This document shows, piece by piece, positions 1 through 9,555 of a stretch of 64,000 nucleotides of DNA. The position numbers and the translations under genes were made by a program. Under the pieces are notes generated by a model, which did not search any database, had not been told where the DNA came from, and saw only the letters and a program-made list of their open reading frames with translations. Source of the DNA: an uncultured delta proteobacterium (GTDB lineage: Bacteria; Myxococcota; B64-G9). The DNA is taken from assembly GCA_963754925.1 (NCBI GenBank), contig CAVWHX010000009.1, positions 96,001-160,000 on the forward strand, given 5' to 3'. Each line of letters starts with the position of its first letter. Position 1 is the first letter of the stretch.

Positions 1-1093
1 GTATAAGCACCTCCCCCGTAAGCTTGTCCGCCTCTACTTCACTCTTATCCTCGTCAGAAGCATCCAAATCGTCGAAAACCCCTTCGATTGCACCCTTCTG
101 CAGGTGCTTTAAGACATGAAAGATCTCATGGAAAAGAACAAACCAGAAGTTGTCAAGACGGTCGTACCTAAGCGTCAAGCCAATTATGGGCAGGTATCCA
201 TCATATAGAATCGCTGCTCCGTCCAAATGAGTGCTGGGCAAATGCGACTCTACTACAAGTGGAATACCTGCCTTTTGCAGGATAGTCCTCGCACAGGCCG
301 GCCCATTTGGCAGAGCACTACTCCTCACGAGTTCCGCAATGCACTCTGAGGTTAGTAGCTCAGGTCGATATCTTTCTCCGACGTCAGCCCGCTTTGCCAA
401 AGCAATAACACGGCATTCCCATGCCAAGAGCGAAAATTTATCAACTGATGAACCAGAGCGTACCTTCATGCTGTGTAATGCAACTGCTGGCTTTCGAGAA
501 ACACTGGTTATATAATCTTCGACAAGTGATTCAGTGTTACGCAGTGCTGCATCAAGCGATCCAGAATACCCCTCAAGCCAGCCTCGCTTATACATCTCCC
601 TAATAGGAAACTTGCTCCAGTCAATTTTCTCTAAATTCCTCGCTCTCCGAGACAAAGACTCATCCACTATCCGAGCGGACTCAGTTATCTTTAGGTTCAG
701 TGCCTCAGCAATCTCTCGAAGACGTCGTAGACTTGCCATGAAATACTCATCAGACTCATACCGCTGAATCTGTTGCTCCTTTAACCCAACTAGTTCAGCG
801 AGCTGTCGTTGTGATAAGCCTCTGGCTATACGCGCCCGAATTAGAATCCGAGGCAATTCGTCTAGGCTTGCTGCTTCGAGTTTGGTGACTCCACCCGACT
901 TGAGTTCCTCATATTCATGTATTTCGTCTGAGAGCACTTTTAACTCGCTCCGAAGTGCCTCCAGCTCCGCTGTTGCCAGAATTTCCGATCCCACACGGTT
1001 AGCAACAGCTCGCGAATCGAATTCTTCGATTCCCTTCTGTAACTCACCAAGCCTCCGCTTCGATATGCGATATTGACGTTCGTTCGAAATCAT
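1..1093 (-). CDS. XRE-family HTH + ImmA/IrrE-type Zn-metallopeptidase protein (HigA-like), 3' end runs off window
   Basis: Not in the ORF track because its stop lies outside the window. Manual translation from ATG 1093 (or GTG 1096): MISNERQYRISKRRL...LIRARIARGLSQRQLAELVGLKEQQIQRYES (HTH)...GLTLRYDRLDNFWFVLFHEIFH (HExxH). GGAGG RBS lies in the end of the upstream gene. Confidence 0.88.
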   Translation of the reverse strand, partial: MISNERQYRISKRRLGELQKGIEEFDSRAVANRVGSEILATAELEALRSELKVLSDEIHEYEELKSGGVTKLEAASLDELPRILIRARIARGLSQRQLAELVGLKEQQIQRYESDEYFMASLRRLREIAEALNLKITESARIVDESLSRRARNLEKIDWSKFPIREMYKRGWLEGYSGSLDAALRNTESLVEDYITSVSRKPAVALHSMKVRSGSSVDKFSLLAWECRVIALAKRADVGERYRPELLTSECIAELVRSSALPNGPACARTILQKAGIPLVVESHLPSTHLDGAAILYDGYLPIIGLTLRYDRLDNFWFVLFHEIFHVLKHLQKGAIEGVFDDLDASDEDKSEVEADKLTGEVLI

Positions 1094-1534
1094 CACACTA
1101 GCCTCCACCCAATTCTTTGAGATGCAGGCGAATAATCCCCTTCTTCTTTCCCGTCTCTTTGTCCTTTTGGAAATAATCTACGAAGAAAAGAGAACTATCT
1201 GCTCGTGCGCTCGACGGGAAGAATTCACCTCCGTATTTCAATTTCTGTTTGCGACGTTTGTCTGAGAAATCCAAGAACACTGGGTTTAGCTTTACAGTGT
1301 CAACACCAGTAGGATCCCAGCACACGTCATAGTCACCAGGTCTCGGTTTCTCCGTTACAAAGCTCCCATCCAGGAACACCTCTTTGCATCCTGCCGCCTT
1401 AAGCAATCTACAGGCGTTCACCAATCCAAAAAACAGCTTTCGTCTAACCTCAGAACTTCCGAACCGCTCCCTTACTTCTTGAAGTGTTGCATCGTGAATC
1501 CCCGGTGACGTGCCCCCGTTCATAGGACCACTCT

Positions 1535-2446
1535 CTATGAGAGTTGTTCATGGTTAACCATCGTTCCTTTATCCATAGCAACACCAGTTTTCAGAGCGAA
1601 GGGAGCCGGAGGCGACCGAAGCTCTGAAAACTGTCGCGCGAACTCCGCCGGTGTCTCCTGTCCCAGCGAACTGTGCGGCCGCACATGATTGTAATCCATC
1701 CGCCATGATTCGATTTTATTACGAGCATCTTGTAGATTTATAAACCAATGTTGATTGAGACATTCATCTCGAAATTTGCCGTTGAAGCTTTCGATCAAGG
1801 CATTCTGCACCGGCTTGCCCGGCTCGATAAAATGCAACTGCACCCCATGCCGGTACGCCCAGAGGTCCAGCGCACGACTCGTGAACTCCGGACCGTTATC
1901 CGTCACCATCGCTTCGGGATACCTACCCCGTTCAGCGGCAATATCGTCCAAAATCCTGGCCACCCGGCTGCCGGAAATGGACGTGTCTACGGGTAAGGCA
2001 AGACTCTCTCGACTGAATTCATCCAGCACGCTCAACACCTTCAACCGTCGCCCATCTGAGAGACAATCAGATAGAAAATCCATCGACCATCGCTCGTTGA
2101 GTCCTTCCGGAAGACGCAGCGGCTGCCGCGCGATGCTCCGGTATCTCTTGCGCTGCTTCTTCCTCACGCTCAATCCCTCTTGCCGATACAGCCGATACAC
2201 CCGCTTGTGATTCACCACATACCCTTCCCGCCGCAATAACACCTGCAACCGTCGATATCCGAAGCGTACCCGCTGCGCCGCAAGCTCTAAAAGACGCTCC
2301 CGCAACTGCGGATACAGTTGGCCTACCGAACGGTACCGAAAGCTCGATCGCCCGATCCTCATCAGCCCGCAGGCGCGTCGTTCGCTCACCCCAAATTCCT
2401 CGCGGGCATGCACAACGGCCTGCTTTCGCGCTGCGGGCTTCACCAT
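1535..2446 (-). CDS. IS3 transposase OrfB (DDE integrase core)
   Basis: WSMDF...DNGPEF...ESFNGKFRDECLN DDE motifs; overlaps orfA at AAAATGGTGA in the -1 frame. Confidence 0.95.
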   Translation of the reverse strand: MVKPAARKQAVVHAREEFGVSERRACGLMRIGRSSFRYRSVGQLYPQLRERLLELAAQRVRFGYRRLQVLLRREGYVVNHKRVYRLYRQEGLSVRKKQRKRYRSIARQPLRLPEGLNERWSMDFLSDCLSDGRRLKVLSVLDEFSRESLALPVDTSISGSRVARILDDIAAERGRYPEAMVTDNGPEFTSRALDLWAYRHGVQLHFIEPGKPVQNALIESFNGKFRDECLNQHWFINLQDARNKIESWRMDYNHVRPHSSLGQETPAEFARQFSELRSPPAPFALKTGVAMDKGTMVNHEQLS

Positions 2447-2706
2447 TTTCTTGAGTTGATATCCCTCAAGATCTGGTTGTCGAGAGTGAGATCGGCCACG
2501 GCACGCTTCAGCCTTCGGTTTTCTTCCTCAAGCTGCTTCAGCCGCCGCGCCTCGCTGACGTCCATCCCGCCGTACTTGGATTTCCAACGGTAGTACGTTT
2601 GTTCGCAGAAGCCATGTGTGCGACAGAGATCAGACAGCTTCACCCCCGCTTCGGCTTCTTTCAATATCCCGATGATCTTATCCTCAGAAAACCGTTTCCC
2701 TTTCAT
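2440..2706 (-). CDS. IS3 transposase OrfA (HTH)
   Basis: MKGKRFSEDKIIGILKEAEAG...TYYRWKSKYGGMDVSEARRLKQLEEENRRLK. Confidence 0.95.
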   Translation of the reverse strand: MKGKRFSEDKIIGILKEAEAGVKLSDLCRTHGFCEQTYYRWKSKYGGMDVSEARRLKQLEEENRRLKRAVADLTLDNQILRDINSRKW

Positions 2707-2840
2707 TGAGCAAGCTCCTTTCCGGCATTCTAGCCGAAGGAACTCTCATTGAAAATGGTCCAGTTTTTGGGGGGCAGGTCACCGGAGGTAGCACCATCCA
2801 AGATGCACCGATGTCAACGAAGTCCGGTATCATCGACACA

Positions 2841-2869
2841 ACAATATAATTGTGTTCATTCATTGTCAA
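2841..2869 (-). promoter_or_regulatory. Putative sigma70 promoter of the NTase/HTH-IrrE operon (probably leaderless transcript)
   Basis: TTGACA (2869-2864)-17 nt-TATTGT (2846-2841), 7 nt before ATG 2833; no Shine-Dalgarno. Confidence 0.55.
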
Positions 2870-3177
2870 GGTTTAACTCAACGTCAGTTTATTTAAGCTA
2901 ACGGCTATCTTCACCGCTCCCTACTCACAACTAGTTGCAATCATTTTAGAAAACTATTATATTATAATGGGTTGCCGATCGACTGGCAGCCTGATCGCCG
3001 CCGGACGGAGCAAGAGAGAGGGGCTTTCTTGTGGACAATTCCAAAGTGCGGTATTGGGCGGGGGCGTCCGGGGTCGCGGGGTTCGGATGAAGTTCTTTGG
3101 GAGTTTCGTTAGCCCTAACAAGAGCGCTGGCGGGTGCTCCGCACCGCTTAGCCCAGGGATATGGATTCTAAATAACA

Positions 3178-3486
3178 ATGAGACGTGGTGAATTCATATT
3201 TAATCTCTTCTTCCTTCTTGGCCCAATAATTTTTTGCTCAATTATAGTCATGTCGATGTGCCACTCAACTGTGTATATCATTATTATTTTTCTCTTGTAC
3301 TTGATGGGGTTTGTTTTATTCCTAATAGCCAAAATCTCAGTTTTTAAAAAAGGTATACGTGTCTCTTTTGGTGCGAAGCAAATGTCACGCTTATATCGAT
3401 CTTTTTATATTTCTGGTTATATTTTAATGGGTATAGGTTTATTTCTTTTAATAATGGTTCTGGTGTTTAGAAATGTCATTAAGTAA
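3178..3486 (+). CDS. Hypothetical small membrane protein
   Basis: 102-aa ORF with about 3 hydrophobic segments; AT-rich. Confidence 0.65.
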   Translation: MRRGEFIFNLFFLLGPIIFCSIIVMSMCHSTVYIIIIFLLYLMGFVLFLIAKISVFKKGIRVSFGAKQMSRLYRSFYISGYILMGIGLFLLIMVLVFRNVIK

Positions 3487-3519
3487 AAGATCGAACGAGC
3501 GCATTAAGGCGGAACTATC

Positions 3520-4308
3520 ATGCAGCTAACCCAAGAAGAACTCAGCGATCTTCAAACTGCTAAGCTGCACCTTGAAAATCCAAACATCGCAATCAAGGTC
3601 ACCAATGTAGTAGGAATACCCATCGAGAAAGGTTTAGAGCTCTTACCCAACAAATGGTCGGAAGTAATCGGCGATGCAACTCGAAAAGCACTCGGGATAG
3701 CTCTTGATGGCGCATTAAGAACGCTAGACAAGGCTGTTCAATTGCCTTCTCAGGATATGTGGCACAAGGTTGCGGTCACCGCGACAGGAGCTGGAGCTGG
3801 ATGGTTCGGTCTCCCGGCACTCATTGTAGAACTACCAATTTCCACCACCATAATGCTGCGGTCGATTGCTGACATCGCCCGTAGTGAAGGAGAGAATCTG
3901 CACGTACCGATTGCACAGCTTGCCTGTATAGAAGTATTTGCTTTGGGAGGAAGAACATCCAAGGACGATGCCGCTGAATCTGGTTACTTTGCCATTCGTG
4001 CAGGTCTCGCCAAGGCCGTCTCTGAGGCGGCTGAGTTCATTGCAGAAAGGGGATTTGCAAAAGAAGGGGCGCCGGCGATCGTTCGTTTGATTTCCCAAAT
4101 AGCCGAGCGCTTCAGCATTAATGTGTCCGAAAAAGCAGCGGCTCAAGCAATTCCAGCCATTGGCGCAGCTGGCGGCGCTCTAATCAACTTAATCTTCATG
4201 GACCATTTTCAAAACATGGCTCGGGGACATTTTACGGTTCGAAGGCTTGAGAGAAAATATGGGGCTGATGCGGTCAAGACCGCTTACCTCAAACTTCCAA
4301 ACAAATAA
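3520..4308 (+). CDS. EcsC family protein
   Basis: ELPISTTIMLRSIADIARSEGE...ACIEVFALGG...QAIPAIGAAGGALIN...ARGHFTVRRLERKYG. Confidence 0.88.
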   Translation: MQLTQEELSDLQTAKLHLENPNIAIKVTNVVGIPIEKGLELLPNKWSEVIGDATRKALGIALDGALRTLDKAVQLPSQDMWHKVAVTATGAGAGWFGLPALIVELPISTTIMLRSIADIARSEGENLHVPIAQLACIEVFALGGRTSKDDAAESGYFAIRAGLAKAVSEAAEFIAERGFAKEGAPAIVRLISQIAERFSINVSEKAAAQAIPAIGAAGGALINLIFMDHFQNMARGHFTVRRLERKYGADAVKTAYLKLPNK

Positions 4309-4704
4309 CTATTGGCCGCCCAACCAGCGACTCAACCGCAGCCAAATCGGGCTACCCTCTTAGATACCTATTTTCTTACAATGGGTTGCCGATCGGCTGG
4401 AACCTCCCCAGGAGTCCTCTGACTCCCGTAGAACCTGACAAATATGATTTACAGAAAGGCGAAAAAATTGGTTGAAAAGAATCGCAAGAGATTATGTACT
4501 GTCGCCACATAGGATTCACGAAAAACAAGTGGGCAATAGTCTATGGATCGACTGGAAACATACGACTTGTCGTTGCAAGGTGCTATGAGGGTATAACTAA
4601 CATTATGGAGCTATACAGAAACTATAGAATAACTTGTTAGGCTTTCAATCTCGCTGGAGCACTCAAAGCCCGAAGGGTATTGAGAACAAAAAAGGAGAAA
4701 TACC

Positions 4705-6636
4705 ATGATGACAGAAATGATAGGATGGGTTGTCTTAAGTCTAGTCGTTTTTATTGTTCTGGTGGTTATCCTTAAAGGTTTTTGTTTGATTGGTCCCAAT
4801 CAAGTCGGCATCCTTACTAAAAACATGTTTGGCAAAAAAATGCCTGAAGGACAAATAATCGCGCGCCACGGGGAAATAGGGGTTCAGGCCAGGACGTTGA
4901 TGCCAGGGCTCTATTGGAGGATGCCTATAATTTGGTCATTTACAAAAATTCCGGTAGTGACGGTAGATATTGCTAGTATCGGCATCATCGAATCTATTGA
5001 CGGCGAACCACTACCTAAAGGTAGAGTGTTAGCTGACGAAGTCGAGTGTAATCAATTTCAAGATGCAGAGATGTTCTTAGCCAACCATGGAAAGAAGGGA
5101 CCACAGGTTGGAATTCTACGTCCCGGCACCTACCGGATCAATTCCAGACTGTTCTATATTACCAAAGCTCCCGCGGTAAAAATAGCTGAGAATACCATTG
5201 GTATCGCTGTTGCCAGAGATGGTATTCCTTTACCTACTGGCTATGTCATCGCCCCGAAGGCTTTAAATGATGACGGTACCGAAGTAGACCACAAAGCTTA
5301 TCAAAATGGGCAGCTCTTTATCGATAGCAAAGGATACCGGGGACCGCAGTTGGATACCCTGCAGCCGGGAATATATTACATCAATCCGAACTTATTTGAT
5401 ATTAAACTTGAATATGTCGCCGAGGTCCTTCCGGGATATGTGGCGGTCATCAGGTCCAACGTGGGGCTGGAGTTGGAAAGGACGTCCGAAGGGCCCGATC
5501 GAACTACCGGTGAAGGAAAACTCTGTGGTCCGATCCATGAAGATGTTGAGAAGATACTGATAACCAACAAATATACTCGCGGCATTTGGCGAGAGCCGAT
5601 AGCACCGGGGAAATACAATCTCAACGCGATTGCCTTCACCGCCTATCAAGTGCCTACTTCCGCCGTCACCATCGATTGGGCAAGCGAGGGAAGAATCGGG
5701 ACAGAGGTAAAGGGAGTTAAACCGACGGAGGCTAAGGCTGCGGGGGTTCTGTACAGTTTTGATCCCTTGAAGGTGACTTCTAAAGATGGCTTTCAACTGG
5801 AAGTCAATGTTCGAATGGTGATTCGAATTCAACCGGGCAATGCGGCCTACATCATAGCGAGATTCGGGTCGGTGGCCAATCTGATTGATCAAATCGTGCA
5901 TCCGCTGATTGATTCATCTTTCAGGAATAAAGCCGGAGAGAAGAAAGCGATTGACTTTTTCCAAAGCCGGACGGACTTACAGACCGAAGCGCTGGCACAT
6001 GCCAAAGAAAGATTTTCTGAGTACAACGTAGAGGCCCAAAACTTACTCATTGCTTATATCGATATACCTAAAGATTTGCTGGATACTCAAACCAAGAAGG
6101 AGATTGCCAATCAGCAGCAAGCCCAGTACGACCAGGAGGCGCTAGCTCAAGAAAAACGCATTGCGGTCATGGAGAAATCGTCCCGGGCGGATAAACAGAA
6201 AGATGTTATTGATGCCAAATTATCTATAGACATCAATAACGATATGGCTGAGGCCAGAGTTAAGGAAGCTGACGGGAACAGGCGCTCGGTGATTCTCCAA
6301 GCTCAAGGAACTAAAGAATCCACCATACTGATGGCTCAAGGGACAAAAGAATCTACCATACTGGTGGCTGACGGCAATTCTTATAAAAGCAAGATTGAGG
6401 GTGACGGTGTTGCCGCTGCCTATAATGCCCAAAAAGAGGCCATTGGTCAGCAGAATGTAGCGGTAATCAAACTCATTCAGGAGATAGCGGCTGGTAAGAT
6501 TCAGATTGTACCCCAGGTTCTGGTTGGGGGCGGAGAGGGCTCAGCCAGCGGCAACCTATTCAATGCATGGTTATCTCAAATGATTTTTCAAAACGCACCG
6601 AAAAATGAGGGAAAACAAATAGAGGCGACTGAATAA
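4705..6636 (+). CDS. Large SPFH/band-7 (flotillin-like) membrane protein with repeated N-terminal modules
   Basis: N-terminal TM; four G.Q/W...(L/I).PG.Y repeats; SPFH core (SKDGFQLEVNVRMVIRI...IDSSFRN); C-terminal coiled coil; AAGGAG RBS. Confidence 0.85.
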   Translation: MMTEMIGWVVLSLVVFIVLVVILKGFCLIGPNQVGILTKNMFGKKMPEGQIIARHGEIGVQARTLMPGLYWRMPIIWSFTKIPVVTVDIASIGIIESIDGEPLPKGRVLADEVECNQFQDAEMFLANHGKKGPQVGILRPGTYRINSRLFYITKAPAVKIAENTIGIAVARDGIPLPTGYVIAPKALNDDGTEVDHKAYQNGQLFIDSKGYRGPQLDTLQPGIYYINPNLFDIKLEYVAEVLPGYVAVIRSNVGLELERTSEGPDRTTGEGKLCGPIHEDVEKILITNKYTRGIWREPIAPGKYNLNAIAFTAYQVPTSAVTIDWASEGRIGTEVKGVKPTEAKAAGVLYSFDPLKVTSKDGFQLEVNVRMVIRIQPGNAAYIIARFGSVANLIDQIVHPLIDSSFRNKAGEKKAIDFFQSRTDLQTEALAHAKERFSEYNVEAQNLLIAYIDIPKDLLDTQTKKEIANQQQAQYDQEALAQEKRIAVMEKSSRADKQKDVIDAKLSIDINNDMAEARVKEADGNRRSVILQAQGTKESTILMAQGTKESTILVADGNSYKSKIEGDGVAAAYNAQKEAIGQQNVAVIKLIQEIAAGKIQIVPQVLVGGGEGSASGNLFNAWLSQMIFQNAPKNEGKQIEATE

Positions 6637-6645
6637 TCTGAGCGG

Positions 6646-9048
6646 CTACTGCGTAAACAGTGGGAAGTCTCGGTATACAAAATCGTCGAACACATCAGTC
6701 ATGCTTAAGAAATTGGCGTCCTTCACGGGCGCATTATCCGCACCCACTGATATGTTGCCCGATTCTCCCAGGGGGAACATGCTTTGAATCCCGAGGGGAC
6801 CCGAACTGCCGAATTCGACGATGTGCGCGTAGGTGGAACGCGATGAGAAGGGTATTTCCCATACATTTCCCAGCAGGGGGTGGCTAAACGTGATAACTCC
6901 CCGCGCATTGGCGCCCCAGGGCTGGGCTCCCAGGGTGGCAAGGACATTGTCCAGCGCCTTTACGATGATAGCGTTGGCGGTCTGAGGCGCCGTAGGATCC
7001 GATGTATTCTGGAACCAGTTGTAGTAGTTGGTCAGACCTCCTGATCTGATGCCGTGGAGGAGTACATTGAAGAGCACCAGGTCGTCTATTGCCGTTGGAA
7101 AAGCGTTAAGCTCCTCGAACGTGAGGGTTATAACCTCTTTGATCCAGGCGTCCATAAGCTCCCATGCATCGGCGCGGTTCGTTCCGGTAGGCCAGGCTGC
7201 GACTCCCCCGTCAACGAAATGTCCGTCCCACGCAGCCAGAAGGTCAAGGGCCGCTGAACGAGCGGCAACGGGTGCATCCGGAGCAGCGTTTACCGCGGCG
7301 ATGAAATAATCAGACACAAACTTCCAGGGATTCCCCCCGTTGCCGATGGAGTCGGTGGTGGCGATGTTGAGCGCAAGGTCTCTGATTTGATCAAAGGTCA
7401 GATTGTTATTGGCGGAAAGGTAGTCGTTTATTACATGGGCCCGGTGGAACGGGCCGAAGGAGTATGCGCTATTATTCCATGAATTGGTGTAGCCTGCATT
7501 CGTCTTGTTGTTCCAGCCGCAGTAGTATCCCTGGCTGGTATTGCGATCGGTTGAACGGGGTATAAGGTTTGCCGCGTCCCATTCAAGGGGTGTCCCCGCG
7601 GCGCCCTGCGGCAACCGCCATTCGCCGTACGGACGGACGGGGTCCCTTCCCGACATCCAGTACGCAATATTTCCATCGTTGTCGGCGTATGTAAAATGCA
7701 TGGATACCGGCACGAGTTCTATGGCCGCCCCGAATTGGTCCATGCTTTCCGCCCGGGCGAGGCCAAGATACGCCTTAAGAACATTAAATTCATACCCCCA
7801 CTGGGAATACTTCCAAGAAATGACGGGGTTCGTATTAATAACGGGTCCATGAGCAGTCCGGTATATGGGCAGAACCACATCGGCGGCGCCTTGCACCTTG
7901 ATGGTCTCCGTCCGGTTAAGGACCATAGCATCTGCGGATTCCAGGTAATAATCCACGGTATGGGCATGACCCACTTGCATGGACCAGGCATGGTGGGGCG
8001 TACGCCCGATAACGATGCAGGGTAGACCCGCGATAATCATACCGGAGACATTCAAACCGCCGGCCCGCAGGGAGCCCTCACCGATGACCGAGGGCACGCT
8101 GAATCCCATCTGCGGACCGGAGTAGAGTATAGGATTACCGGTGGCCGTTTTGCTCCCCTTTATCGCCCAGGCATAACTGCCCATCTTTACGTAGGCGTTT
8201 ATCTTTTTCAGACTCTGGTCGATCCGCGACTGCCTCTCGGCCATGCGTTGGGCGACCTGCCGCAAATCGGGGAACGAAGGATGATTTTTCATCAGCGGGG
8301 ATCGCGTTGCCGCGGTTGATTTTTGAGCGGCCAAAACTTTGAGAGGTTTGGGTATGTAGGTCAGCGCGTCGGGATCGTTGATCCATCGTAAATCCTCAAA
8401 CATACTCGTTCCCTGCTCGGCTCCATAGGCGGCCACAAGCCCCTGGTACAATGCCGCGTTATCGATCTGTCCCTGACTCTGCGCTTCGGGATCGAACCTT
8501 CTCATCATCGCCGCACCCCATGCAAATACATCCTTATACGTCCAGTCCTCAAGCGTCGTACTCGTAATGCCAACTGCGGAAAATTCATAGGGAAGCAGAG
8601 AAGAATCCTTGCGAATCTCGGCTATGCGTCTGTTGAAGCCCGCCACATACCCGTTGACCACGTCCTGGGACTCCTTATCCAAGGAATCGTAACCGTTTTG
8701 CAATTCCTGATCGGAATAGCCGGTCGTACGTGCTAATTCATCCTGGTCTAGCAGAAAGGCGCCGAATATCTCGGCCAGCCTTCCCCGGGCGGACCGTCTG
8801 AAGGTCTCCGCCTGCCAAAGACGGTCGGTGGCGACGGCATAGCCCATTGCTTCAAATACATCATATAATTTGTCCTGCTCCGAACCGGTAATGAACCACA
8901 CGCCTTTATCGTCACGAGCGGTTTTTACCGTGGAGGTTCTCCCGCTGGAACATTCGGACATAAGGATGGCGCTAGAGAATAGAAGAATGGTCAATGTCAG
9001 CCAGCGGGAATATAACGGTTTCAACGCATAAGATTTACTAATTCGCAT
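6646..9048 (-). CDS. Penicillin acylase family (Ntn-hydrolase) protein, probably a lipoprotein or secreted
   Basis: ARDDKGVWFI, MGYAVATDRLWQ, GRLAEIFG; beta-subunit start GSYAW; RTAHGPVI; WNNK; GGAGG RBS. Confidence 0.9.
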   Translation of the reverse strand: MRISKSYALKPLYSRWLTLTILLFSSAILMSECSSGRTSTVKTARDDKGVWFITGSEQDKLYDVFEAMGYAVATDRLWQAETFRRSARGRLAEIFGAFLLDQDELARTTGYSDQELQNGYDSLDKESQDVVNGYVAGFNRRIAEIRKDSSLLPYEFSAVGITSTTLEDWTYKDVFAWGAAMMRRFDPEAQSQGQIDNAALYQGLVAAYGAEQGTSMFEDLRWINDPDALTYIPKPLKVLAAQKSTAATRSPLMKNHPSFPDLRQVAQRMAERQSRIDQSLKKINAYVKMGSYAWAIKGSKTATGNPILYSGPQMGFSVPSVIGEGSLRAGGLNVSGMIIAGLPCIVIGRTPHHAWSMQVGHAHTVDYYLESADAMVLNRTETIKVQGAADVVLPIYRTAHGPVINTNPVISWKYSQWGYEFNVLKAYLGLARAESMDQFGAAIELVPVSMHFTYADNDGNIAYWMSGRDPVRPYGEWRLPQGAAGTPLEWDAANLIPRSTDRNTSQGYYCGWNNKTNAGYTNSWNNSAYSFGPFHRAHVINDYLSANNNLTFDQIRDLALNIATTDSIGNGGNPWKFVSDYFIAAVNAAPDAPVAARSAALDLLAAWDGHFVDGGVAAWPTGTNRADAWELMDAWIKEVITLTFEELNAFPTAIDDLVLFNVLLHGIRSGGLTNYYNWFQNTSDPTAPQTANAIIVKALDNVLATLGAQPWGANARGVITFSHPLLGNVWEIPFSSRSTYAHIVEFGSSGPLGIQSMFPLGESGNISVGADNAPVKDANFLSMTDVFDDFVYRDFPLFTQ

Positions 9049-9227
9049 CTTGGTTTCCCTCCTTAATGAATGATAAGCTTTGGTTAAGGTGGAAAATTTA
9101 CACCATACGCTTTCTTGGTAAGAGCTTGTTCACTAATGCCATAAAAAACGTCTAAAAGACATTGATTTCGTGTCTTCGCGTTGTTGCACCGGCATGATGA
9201 ATCACGGTCGAACCTGCATGATTCTTC

Positions 9228-9494
9228 GGTAGTGGGTCAGTTTGCAAAAGGCTTACGGGTGTTCGGCAGGCGACCGTCTATCCCACAAGGGGACAAGAGC
9301 TTGTAAGCCTCACTTTGTTCGGCAACAAGCTCTAGCACCCAGGCTGCACTTGCACACTGAATTTTTCAATTTTGAGCGGTTAATTAGAGACTGTTAGCGA
9401 ACGAAGTGAGCGTTACAGTCTCTTATCCTTTAGGGTATGTTTCGGTCGCGTGTCGTTCGACGAATACCCGTAAGCCTCTAACTGACCCACTACC
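9228..9494. mobile_element. MITE-like non-autonomous element (IS1-like ends), 267 bp
   Basis: Terminal IR GGTAGTGGGTCAGTT...AACTGACCCACTACC extending imperfectly (AGGCTTACGGGT); flanks GATTCTTC / GGTTCTTC (8-bp TSD, 1 mismatch); no ORF. Confidence 0.75.
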
Positions 9495-9555
9495 GGTTCT
9501 TCGATGTCATTGCATTAGTATTAGCTTCGAAATAAGATAGTTACCGGAGATTGCT

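Larger units (their letters stand above)
1506..2781 (-). mobile_element. IS3-family insertion sequence (IS407-like subgroup), 1276 bp, apparently intact
   Basis: TG...CA ends; imperfect IRs TGACGTGCCCCCGTTCATAGGACCACTCTCTATGAGAG / TGACCTGCCCCCCAAAAACTGGACCATTTTCAATGAGAG; CCGG direct repeat at 1502-1505 and 2782-2785; orfA + orfB. Confidence 0.95.
1098..2833 (-). pseudogene. DUF6932-like putative nucleotidyltransferase, interrupted by an IS3-family element
   Basis: Removing 1506-2781 and one CCGG restores MIPDFVDIGASWMVLPP|GIHDATLQEVRERFG...VFLDGSFVTEKPRPGDYD (GS...DxD NTase-like motif). Confidence 0.82.

Noticed and set aside
3105..4345. Integron attC sites around the EcsC cassette
   Set aside because: Only half-site-like starts; no convincing complementary R'/L' boxes and no intI gene.
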